Origin: Vitrella brassicaformis CCMP3155
Lineage: Eukaryota > Protista > Chromerida
Length of the DNA: 64,000 nt
Reading direction: 5' to 3'
Assembly: GCA_001179505.1 (NCBI GenBank)
Contig: CDMY01000248.1
Span: forward strand, 1-64,000
The notes beneath the pieces were generated by a model. The model was not told the DNA's origin and searched no databases. It was given only the letters and a program-made list of their open reading frames with translations. The position numbers and the translations under genes were made by a program. This document shows, piece after piece, positions 12,101 to 22,599 of the stretch (within the stretch, counting starts at the first letter, position 1; every line of letters starts with the position of its first letter).

Positions 12101-13939
12101 TGACGGGGGCAGCGTGCTGGCGAAGAAGGGGTCGGAAGACGAGCAGCCGGCAAAGTCGACACCCACAAGTGCGCCATCCAACGACGGGTACACAGAGGAA
12201 GACACACACGACGTGATACGACGCGTTGCAATGCCCTCGATTGCCTTCGCTGTCTGCGTGTCCTTCATCCAGGCAGCCAAGCGTGAGTGTGCCGTCGAGT
12301 GTCCTGTCCGGTGAGGTCATCGCTGACGACCACTTCATCCCCGTCACACACAAGAAGAAGAAGACCGGCAAGACCAATCCATCGGCCACGCCCAACCAAC
12401 AGCCGCAGCAGCAGCTCTTCCCTCCCAGTGGCCCTTCGTCGTCCTTCAGCCGTCCCTCCCCACTCGCGGCAAACACGCCGCCATACAAACATGATGCTGC
12501 CACGTACGACATGACATGGCATGCACACACAGCACCTGAGATTCCACACCGTCATTATGCTTCTCACTCTGTCAGGTCTGTGTTCGGGTCGAAGGGTGTG
12601 CTCGTTTCATATCCATTCGGTGGCGGTGATGGCCATGAGGGAGGGGCCAGTGCGTCGCCGGCCAGCGCGTCGCTGTCTGACATAATGACGACGGCCACAT
12701 CGACCAGACAGCACAGGTGAGAAGGGCAGCAGGACAACAGAGCTGCGCACACTCATCTTCCTCGCCGTGTGTCTGCCTTTGATTGATATCAGTCGTGTGC
12801 CGTCGTTCGACACTCTGCCGTCCCGCCCCACTCCCAAGCCGTTCCCCCCTTGGCTTCCCACCCATGACGGCCTCCACGACAATCACCATCACATGATCCC
12901 CCTGCCGCCCCGGCCACCGTACCCCCCACTCCCGCCCCCACCTCGCCACACACACGACGACAATTGCCCTCAGACAGCCTCTCCTGCAGCTGCTGCTGCA
13001 TTGTCGTCGGCGGCCGGTCCAATCTATGGCAGTGACTTGTCGGCTGCAGGGGCGTTCTCCGCTGCAGCTGATGGTGACGTCGGCTCGCCCCTCCCGCCCC
13101 CGATGTTTCTAATGTTCGAGTCCGACGAGAACGACACGGCAGCACCACCACAGATGCAGACACACCCAGCCGGCGACAGCGACATCAGCAGTGGGGGCGC
13201 CTATCAGGCCGACAGGTGAGGAGAGGGAGAGGGACCAACGAAGGAGGACACGTGAAGAACCGTCCGCTCTGTCACGTGATTGATTTCCGTCAGTGGGTCG
13301 AGCTCGTTCCGTGACCTTCAGCTGCAAGTGAAGCGTCAGCAGCGGGAGATGGAGGCAATGCGGCAGCGACAGGAACACGAAATGGACGAAATGCGACAAA
13401 GGTAGGCTCATGCTCGGACAAGGTGGATGAGACGTCATGTGTCTACTTAGTCTCTTGATTGGTGTGCTGTCAGGTTGGCTGCCCTAAGTGCGGGCCACCA
13501 CCAGCAGCAGCAGCATACCTCGTCCAGCAGCTCGTCAGCCCGTCCCCCACCGCTACCCACACTCCCACCCACACAGCACCAGCACCAGCGCCAGCAGCAC
13601 CAGCACCGGGGTGGCGAGTGCAGCGTGTGCATGGACGCGCCTGCGTCGGTGGTGTACATGCCCTGCCGACACCTTCGGGTGTGCCCGAAGTGCTACGACG
13701 ACAACAAGGCCAGGGTGGCGCGCGAACTCACCAGGGTGAGGGCCGAGAACGACAGACGCAAACAGGAGAATGAGGACCGCATAAGGCAGAACAAGAGCCG
13801 AAAGAGGGACAAGCAGCTGCCGATGGTGAAGCTGCTGGACGAGCCCCATTACGTGTGTGAGCACTGCAACGGCACGGTGGAGTTCGGCGGGTCGGTGGAG
13901 GAGGCCCTGCAGTGGGTAGCCAACAACCTTCTCAAGTGA
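9192..13939 (+). CDS. Large multi-exon protein: helical (ARM/HEAT-like) N-terminal half, low-complexity/coiled-coil middle, C-terminal C3HC4-type RING finger
   Basis: In-phase exon chain MERHT|IRQ...VNER V|KRKGVF...GS G|DRLHQHVVQ..., followed by amphipathic helical exons at 9668-11700 and a K-rich linker. Last exon carries CSVC-x9-PCRH-x3-CPKC...CEHC and stops at 13939. Start (9192 or 9346) is tentative. Confidence 0.75.
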
Positions 13940-14476
13940 CAGACAAACAGACAGTCGAGGGCCTCTGAGAGGGAAGTGGTGTGTGCGCGGGGGTGGGCTG
14001 GGGAAGTCAGTCTGTGTGCCTTCAGTGTGGGAGAGAGAGAGAGGGAGAGAGAGAGAGATGGGTGGAGGGATGGCGGCCGAGTGTCTCCGAGTTGCTTAGC
14101 GCGACGTGTGAGCCAAAGATCCAGTCGCTACCCGCGTCTGCCTATGTCTCTATGTCTGTCTGTATTTGTGTAGCCTCCATGAAGACAAGGGGCGGGGGGG
14201 AAGTTTAGCTGCCTGTGGATCCACGCATTACGTGTGCAGGTTTAAGTGTGTGTTACTCGTGGGCGGTCGCTTTATGGATCTGTGTATGCGTGTGTGGCCG
14301 TCTGCTGGTGTGTGTATTTGTGATGCTACGATGCTTAGGTTTGCATGACCCTTTATCAGGCACGCTACATGACTTCATCTGAGAACTTCGAAATACCACG
14401 CGAACTGCCGCCCTTTGAGAGGGTTTGGGTTTGGGGTTCAGGGTTTTCATTCTCAGGCACCCCTTCCCACGTGGAG

Positions 14477-15335
14477 ATGGCAGCGGTCCCGCCGCACACT
14501 CCGACCGCCCCGCCGCTCGACGAGGAAGCGCCTGACGGCGCTGCTCCCTTGGTGATCACCGACCAGGGATTCACCTACTTAGTGACGCCTCTCTTCACGG
14601 CCGATGTGTCCTCTCGTCACGTTCGCGCTTCTCTGCCGAGGAATCCGATCAGAAGGGTAAGACGAAAATATATATGGCGCACCCACTCTCACCTTCTGTT
14701 GTGCTCTTTCCGTGGTTTGCTGCCTTCAGTTCGACAGCATTGACTTCTACGTGCTCATCTTGACCCATCAGCTGTGGTACTTCCTCCCGGTGCTGTTTGC
14801 AGTGGTCCGCCCGTCTGCTGTAGGGTGTGTGGCTGTGGCTGTCGTGGCATTGGGTCTTTTGGCGGCGTGCTGGCGGCCCTACTCCAGGAGGATGGCCGTC
14901 GTGGCGGCGTCATGCGGTGCCCAGTTCCCCCACAGCAAGGCTGCGTACCACGTGGCTGGGCACACGCTCTTCTTGATTGGGACAAGTGCTGGGCTCTTCT
15001 TCGCCTCCTGCATTGATGCCCCTCTTGCCGGCGCATACCTCTTTCTTGGGGGCTATGGCATGCTGCTGCTCGCGCTGGCTGCCAGGTGTCTGGAGAGCTA
15101 TGCGGCCTCCGGCGAGCAGAAACACGAGCTTGACAAGGCGAACGGAATCGTGGGCCTCGAGGCCATATGTTGTGCCGCTGTGCCGCTGTTGTGTATCTCG
15201 GTATTGGTCGGTCATGTGCGGATCTGGTGGATCTGGGTGGGATGGTTGGCTGCTATTTTTGTGCTGTGGGAATGTTGGTTGCAATTTTTTTTTGCTCTGG
15301 TGGTCTGCCTGATGACACGGTTTCTCAGTGACTGA
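14477..15335 (+). CDS. Uncharacterised multi-pass membrane protein, 2 exons (14477-14656, 14730-15335)
   Basis: Phase-0 GT-AG intron 14657-14729 joins MAAVPPHT...PIRR to FDSIDFYVLILTHQLWYFLPVLFAVV...; about six hydrophobic stretches. Confidence 0.7.
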
Positions 15336-16425
15336 CTGCACGGGCACGGGAGCGCGCAATCAGCGCGCTGCAGTGGGAGGGACGGTGCGTCCATGTTGTG
15401 TGGGTTTTGTTAAGAGACGGGCCATGAGACAGATGGGTGGTTGTGTCAGGTCAGGTGTGTAGTTCCCCACCTTTCTCATCGCCGTGACTTTCAAGTGCTG
15501 TGAGGAGCGGCTTGCATACATCTTGGTACAGTAGCTTGTACGCGTACATGGACGGTGTACTGTGTGTACGAGGATTCTATGGTTCATCCGTAATAGTGAG
15601 AGATGATAGAATTCAGTGCAAAGGTGTGTGGCTCCATTCCTCGATGTTTTGGCTGCTCGTTGCCGCTTTCTTCGTTTCTGCGAGTTATGCACTTCTGAAT
15701 GACCTGACTGGCCGATCTGCACGGCCGGAAGAGACAGCCGTGCAACAACAAACCAACACTTGTCCAACCCCACCTCACCCGTTTTGGTTGACTGACTTCA
15801 TCATGTGCTGCTTGCTGCTTGCCTCTTGCCTCGTGGATGTGCCGTTAATGGGTGTGTGTGTGTTTGTGATGCGGCGGATGGGTAAATGGATGGATGGATG
15901 GATGTTTGCCGGACGGACAGTGTGGATGCGCCTAGCTCTCGAACTCGTGACTCACTCTGTTTGTCCGCCTGCCTAGCTGCCTGCGATCGATCGATCACCA
16001 CGGCTGCATTAGACATTGTGGACGTAGACGTCAATGAATGAATGAAACGTTTGAATCATACAATTCAATTCGATCCGTCGATCAATCGATCAGTACTTTT
16101 CTGTTTCTGTTCTTTCTCCGCTCAGCAGCCCTCCGCTCTCTGTGAGTGATGTCTCTTCCCCACCCTCTTCCCTGATCTGCCTGCCCCCTCTTCCCCATCA
16201 CGAGGCGTCAGGCAGGCCAGTGCGTCCGATGGCGCCGAGACCATGCACGAGCTCGAGAGAGACACTCACTCCATTGCTTTCCCTGCTTCTTTGTTTGTTT
16301 GTTTGTTTGTTTGTCATAGTGACGCCGCAGACGTCGCTCGCTGGCCACGTGTTTACCTCTCAAGCCGCCTGCAGTCAGACGATGCAGTTCTTCAAATAAT
16401 GTTTCGTCAAATATAAAATGTAGAC

Positions 16426-17548
16426 ACCGATTTGCCGCCTGAGACAGCTTGGACAGCTGAAAGGGGCAGTTGGGCTGGTCCGGGACTTGCATGGGCGTCA
16501 GCTCCGCTACCTCCCAAATCCCATTAATCGTCCAGCCTCGCTAAATCAAAGCCGTCACCATAAACCACATTCAAGACCTCTCAGCGGCGGGGGAATTCCT
16601 TCACTCTTGAGCTGACGGTGGGCCTCAGGAAGCCCTCTCTGCCCGTCAATGAACGGACACGACGGCGACGCGCTGGAGCGACGGGTTGGGGCGCCTGGGG
16701 TCTGCCGCTGCGGACAGCCGCTCTCCTGTGATTGTGGGGCCCTGGCCGGCGTGGGGACGGATGACGGCTGCGACAGAGTCGCCCAACGTGGCCAGGTGGG
16801 CACCAACTGACCCGTCCCCCCGCTCGATCAGGCCGACAACTGTGGCAGTCGTGGCCCCCATCGGACCATCCTTCACCGCCGCCTCCCATGCCGCCGTGAT
16901 CATCCTCCCCGCCCGATTCTGGTGGCGGAGGGGGCTGCTGCTGCTGTTGTGGGCGTAGGATGCGTTGTTGCAGCACCCCATTAGGCTGGTGGCGAGCTCT
17001 CGCGAGGAAAAGGGGTGGTTGTTTTTGATGTCGCCCACCCCGTCGGCGACCCCAAGAGCTCGTGTCTTGGGGTTGAGGGAGAAGGCGTCTTCGCACGCCA
17101 TGGGGTCCGCCGTCTTGCCCCTCGAATAGGCGGCCAACTGCAGCGTGAGTGTCGTTGATGCGGTCGGTGGGCTGGCAATGGCAGGAGCTGATGGTGACTC
17201 TCCCTCCGTCCCCACCTCTTCGATCTCGTCTGCTGTCTCGTCTTCCCCCTCTCCGGCGGCCTCCTCCTCGTCACTGAGGCTCTGTGGCTGAGGGCATGTG
17301 TCTGAGGGCATGCTGCCGAGTCGCATTGTCAGAGGCGAGGGACGGCTGGCCGACGATGGGTGTGGTGGGAATGGTGAGGTGTCGATCGCCGAAGGGGACA
17401 CATCGTCATGGCCGAGCAGCGGCGCATTCGGGATGGCCGTTGCAATGTCGGCCTCGGATTGGGGCCCTTCAGCGCCACGTGAGATGAGATGCTGCAGCGT
17501 CTGCCGGCCGCTGTCGTCCAGCAGGCTCAGGCAGTGCAGCAGTTCCAT
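16426..17548 (-). CDS. PPTC7-like PP2C-family phosphatase, apparently incomplete at the C-terminus (may be a pseudogene)
   Basis: ORF 16646-17548 has CEDAFS, LGVADGVG, FSSRELATSLM, GATTATVV, HLATLGDSVAAVIR. A downstream segment after a TTTAG acceptor (starting 16540) reads GWTINGIWEVAELTPMQVPDQPNCPFQLSKL, matching the N(C/T)P(F/Y)QL motif. No C-terminal DGxxD motif found. Confidence 0.7.
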
Positions 17549-17732
17549 GTGCGAGGTGATGGGGGTGGCGCGGGCGGTGGGGGGCGGTCGAGCAGCTCAT
17601 CCAGCTGAGGAAGGAGGGAGGGGTGAGACGGGCACCAGACACGCAGAACAACAGGTTGGTGCGTGGCTTTTGGAATACGTGCTGTCTTCGTGTTGGGCGC
17701 CGACCTTGGCTTTGAGTGGACGTGTGTGGTGA

Positions 17733-18591
17733 GTGCTGCCGGAAGGCGTTGGGGCGCTTCGACTTCAGCAGCCTCAACGAGTCACGGATGTTCTTGATTT
17801 GCCCCCCGTGCGCCGTGCTGCCAGTCGCCTCAGGCGTCCTCTCCTTGCCCACGGGTGCTGTCACATTGTAGTTGACCGCGATGTTGGTCTCAGCACCCTG
17901 TGCGCCCTCCCTCTCCCCATTCTTAGCGCTTCGACCACGATCATGGGGCCCGCTGGTGATTGCCCTCTCTTCTTCGCTACCTTGGCTGCGGCATTGGGAC
18001 CCCCGTACGATGGCAGCGGAGCCATGTATCCCTGAGTCACACCACACAAACATAGGCATTTGTGTGTGAACGTCTTGTTTGGTGTCTGTGTGGCTTACTT
18101 GACGGCGGTGGTGACAGCGAGGGGGTATGCCTGGGGGGCGATTGGGATGTGGGACGCCTCCAGGTCCTCTAATACGCGCTCTGCCACTCCCAGCTGACTG
18201 TGACGGGCAGCCCTGATGACAGAGGTGTGTGCATGTGTGCATGTGTGTGAGAGCTCCTCTCTCTCACTCTTTCAGTATCTTGACAGCACACTCGATGTTG
18301 CGGCTGACGAACTTGCGGTCAGCAATGGCGGCAGCGCGGTGCTGCACCAGAAAGAACGAGGCGAGAGGGCGCACATGAACGAATGCACGGGCCTCCCTTT
18401 GGGTGCATGAATGTGTGTGAAGGTGACATGACTCACCTTTTGAGGACGTGTCGCATTCTGATGTCTTGCCGCTTCGCTGTCAGGGCCAGCTCCAATGTCG
18501 ACGTACTGGCATTACATGTGTTCATGCGTGTGGATGTCCGCCCGTTGGCTGAGGAGGAGGGCTCGCCTTGCGACGACTCGAGGGCGCCCAT
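17733..18591 (-). CDS. Probable upstream coding exons (possibly the 5' part of the PP2C-like gene); one resembles a PPR-type helix pair
   Basis: GT-AG-bounded segments read MGALESSQ...RHVLK, HRAAAIADRKFVSRNIECAVKILKE|AARHSQLGVAERVLEDLEASHIPIAPQAYPLAVTTAVK; not all splice phases could be reconciled. Confidence 0.35.
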
Positions 18592-19372
18592 CGGATTTTT
18601 TTTTTCCGTCTTGTCTCCACCATCGCGAATTCTCACCCTCTCCGCTCGGTGAGAATTCCGAGCCCAGGATGGGAAGGATTGCTGAAGGGCACAGGACGGA
18701 CAATAACTGGCCAGACGGTCACTCACATCGACGGAGCCAACTCACTCAAGCTCAATTCAGTCGGGCTGAAGAGGCTGGACTGGAGCATTCAAAACAGGCG
18801 TCAACATCCTCCATCATCTTGTAACCAGTAGCGTGGCTCGTGGGCGCCTACAACAGTCATCATCGAGGCACTCTCACCGTCAAGAGCGGGTGACTGGGGG
18901 TGAGTTTGCCGGACAGGATGAACGGCTTGAAAGGGTGTTTGCTAAGCACACAACATAGCGGAGATCGTGTGTAGACGGCTTGGCTGTTTGCTTGGACGCG
19001 AGACATTCTTGCACTTTAGTGAGTGACGGACACGCGAGTGCCTCTGACTAGTCGGTCGATCGGTTCTGCACCTAGCTTGACGGTTGGCTCATCTGTGCCT
19101 GTCAACCACACAGCAGAGGTAAGTCTCATTCATCCCGTCTCGTCCTCCCGTCTGCTGCCTTTCTAGTCAGGTCCGACGGGTGTGAAGAGCCAGGCATCGA
19201 CAACTTGCACAAGGCCAGATGGATGGATGATAACTGGCGTTTCAAGTTGATCTCTATACCCCGATGCCTCACATGAAAGAACACAGCTACGAGGAACGCA
19301 TCACGGAGAGTCAGTTCCGGTCATGGCCATGACGCTAAGCGCATCTCTCACGCAACGCAAGGGCTCAGTCAG

Positions 19373-22334
19373 TCAGGGATTGACGTTCAGCCCCCACATC
19401 TCCCGGTGGATCAAACACTCCTGCTCACACCCATCCGCAAATCGATACGCAACAGCACCACACAAGTTCCACCAATCGCATGTGTCGCCTCTCCCGCCCA
19501 CCCATTCACCTACCTACCGTGTTTTCGAGAAGGTTGTTGCGGCTGGCGATCTTGTGCGCCCGGCTCAGCAGAAACTGACACACACACGCACACAATACAG
19601 CCAGCAATGCTACAATGACGCGACACACACACCTGTTGCAGGTTCTCCATCAGGAAGCGGAGAGCCTGAACGCAAAAAGACAGCTCAAGGCACGGATTGG
19701 GGTACTGCGGTGCGGCTTTCCCCAGCTTCCTCCCTCCTCCCTCCCGTACCGACGGGAATCGAGCTCTGTCGAGGCCCCGATAGAAGAGCGGGTATTCGAG
19801 GCCAGGGGGGTCAGACAAGGGGTCACGCAGAAACGACCGGGACGACGCACACACCATCACCATCCGCAAAGGCACCTGAACAATGAAAGAGAGGGAGACG
19901 CGCGCAGCAATGCACCGATACACTCCCTCCCTGCACGGTGTGTCTCGCTTCATGCACTTGCCTCGACGTATTTGGCCATGAGAAGCAACAGGTGGATGAG
20001 AAATCCGAGCGCCGTGGCGACCTTCTCCTCCTCGCGCAAATCTGAACGACAGACAGAGGCCATCCATCTTTGAGGACAATACAGACAATCGACATCGTCT
20101 GTGTGTTGCGTGCTTACCTTGTCTGTTGAGCACGTCGATGGATGGCAGGGGGATGCCACGAATGGACCGGTGGCGGCCTACGGGGAGAGAGGGAGCGGAC
20201 ATGCGCCAGGCGGATGGCCGGGTGGGTGTTGATCGCTCGTGTGGTACCCACCTACCGTTGTTTTCTATTGGGTAGACTTGGAACAACTCGTACAGCATGC
20301 GGGTGCGCCGACAGTACAACGCTGAGTGAGGTGGAGGGGACAACATGACGGCATATCCAGACGTGGCTTCTCTGGCCACTCACCTTGCTGTATGGCCCTC
20401 AGGTCTGTTTTGGACGACGGCAGGTCCTTGACAGACTGATACACACCAACAGCAGCGTTGCCCGGTGAGTGGTGTGGCCATCATATCCCCTGTCTGTCGT
20501 GTGTCTTGTATCTACCTGTCCCAGCCGGAGCTTCACGGACTGCAGCCCACGCTGACACCGACGCAACCTGCATACGCACAAGCACACCACACCGCACCAC
20601 AGGCACATTGTGCACGTTGTTGCGGAGAGTCCTGCTGCATGCACGTCAGTCATACCTTTCCCGTCTCTTCTGCCGCTGCGCCTTCTCTTCGGCCAAACGA
20701 GACTCGCCTGAAAGCATGTACGACACACAAGACAGAGGGAAGACGGCGCGTGTATCAAGGGTCATCCATCCATCCATCCATCCATTTCTCGTCGTCATCT
20801 TTTAGGTACCCTTTTGCAGCTCGTCTCTCTTTGCCTGCAGGAGGACCCTCGTCTTCTGGAGCCTCGCCTGAACCGCCTTGAGGCGCTGCTGCAATGAGGA
20901 CATCTGAATGTGTACACAATCACACACAAGAGGAGAGTCTCGTTTCTATGCCCAATGGTCGCCATTGAGGCTGGCTGCATGTATCTTACCGATGGGGAGG
21001 TGGTGTCTGACACGGCCTCGTCGGGCTTGGGCGACAGATGGGCTGAATGGCGTATACACACATGACGCCACGAGGCAAATCAATCATCGTTTGCGTGTGT
21101 GTGCATTGCATCGCATGTACCGTTGATTTGGGTGAGGAGGTGCTGTGTGTCATTGATGGCCACCCGCCGCCTCGTGATCTCCTTGCCAAGCCGCTCGCCG
21201 TGCGCACAGATCTGGGACGTCGTGATCTGACACATGCACGCAGGCAAAGAGGCAAACAGCACAGACACCCCCTGTCAAGGCATCCATCCACGCATCCCCT
21301 GTCCATGCTTCCCAGCTGCGTACCGTCTTGCTGCCCTTCGGGGCCGCATTCGAATTGACAACCTCGCGAGGCGATGCCTGAACACACAACGACAGACAGA
21401 CGAGAGCAAACTCGCATCATTCCATCTCGTCTCGCCTCACCTCCTTGATGCCGACAATGTCCCCGCTGTTGCCCTGTGCCCTGCCGGCAGCAGCAGTGGC
21501 TGCTGCAAACGACACGTTGGTGAGACCGAGGCTGGCCAGGCCGGTGGGGCTGCTGTCGGGCGAGGCGGGGAAGGGCTGCACAGGGGGTGGGGGTGGCGTC
21601 TGTGGGTGTGGCTGGGGCGGCAAGGTGCCCCTGAATGTGTGCCACAGGTCGCACATCTTGACCAGGATGGTCGTGGGGGGCACCGGAGGAAGGCGCGACA
21701 GCTGACAGACAATGGGAAATGAATCACGAGTGTAGCAAGGGTGGATGGTCTTGCGTACGTCATGTCCGATGGGGTGCAGCTCCATGAGGCTGAAGAGCAG
21801 CTTGAGGCGCCGTGGCGGAGTGGTGCTGTCCTCCTTGGCAGCATCCCCTTCCACCGTCACCGTGGCCTCGAGTCGAGAAACGCACACCTCCACCTCTGCA
21901 CGGACACCACCCAACCAGCAGGCAAGGGACACCCTCAGCCTGTATGAGGCTCGCGCATTTAGCCGTACCTACCTCTCAGGTTGCGGTAGAACGAGTCGAG
22001 CTGATTCTCGAGATCCCATCCTGGGTTCTGCAACCATCCCCCCCAAACACAAGAGTAGCACTGCACAATGACGAGTCCCGTTGGCGGCGTACCATTGTGT
22101 TGAAGAATGGTTTGCTGACAGCGATTTGCCCGATCTCATCGGGAGTGTTGAGCTCCATGGTGAAGCCCCGCATGTACTCTGGATCCAGGTTGCGAATCGC
22201 TATCTCCTGCACGTGACGCAGCCGACGCTGAAAGATGCCAATACACATGCATATTCACGTCACCTTCCGCACCGATGTGAGCAGCCCTTCCGCCCTTGCC
22301 AGTCGTTCACCTGCATGGGTTTGAGTGTCGGCAT
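19373..22334 (-). CDS. UVRAG: UVRAG/Vps38 (class III PI3K complex subunit), multi-exon
   Basis: N-terminal MPTLKPMQ|RRLRHVQEIAIRNL matches the UVRAG QRRLRHL.NIAARNI motif. C-terminal Atg14/UVRAG-domain motifs RRTRMLYELFQVYPIE, RSIRGIPLP, EEKVATALGFLIHLLLLMAKY, VPLR...SRSFLRD...EYPLFY...RF..ALRFLMENLQQ; coiled-coil exons in between. Confidence 0.85.
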
Positions 22335-22435
22335 TGTGGAGTGATGCCCAGCCGGGCTGTCAGATCCTGCTCTGCTGAGCCCCCTGCGCAACGGGGCACA
22401 CGCACACAAGAAGAGCTGCCCCCCTGATGCCTTTC

Positions 22436-22457
22436 TAAGCTCGCACATAAGCTCGCA
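22436..22457 (+). promoter_or_regulatory. Tandem pair of TAAGCTCGCA in the UVRAG/GPATCH1 divergent spacer
   Basis: taagctcgca at 22436-22445 and 22448-22457; the same core recurs upstream of three other genes. Function is inferred only. Confidence 0.5.
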
Positions 22458-22599
22458 AATGGGGACGAGGAGAAGAGAGGAGAAAGATGAGGACGCAAGA
22501 GGCGTGTGAACATCTGAGCACCTAGATCCGACACAGATCAGGTGACAGCAGCCTTGTCAGGCACGCCGCAGTTGATGCATGTGTTGTTCCCTGCATAGG

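Noticed and set aside
15500-15976. 158-aa ORF with hydrophobic stretches
   Set aside because: 3' half runs into intron/UTR-like TG and TGGA repeats; no family or splice support.
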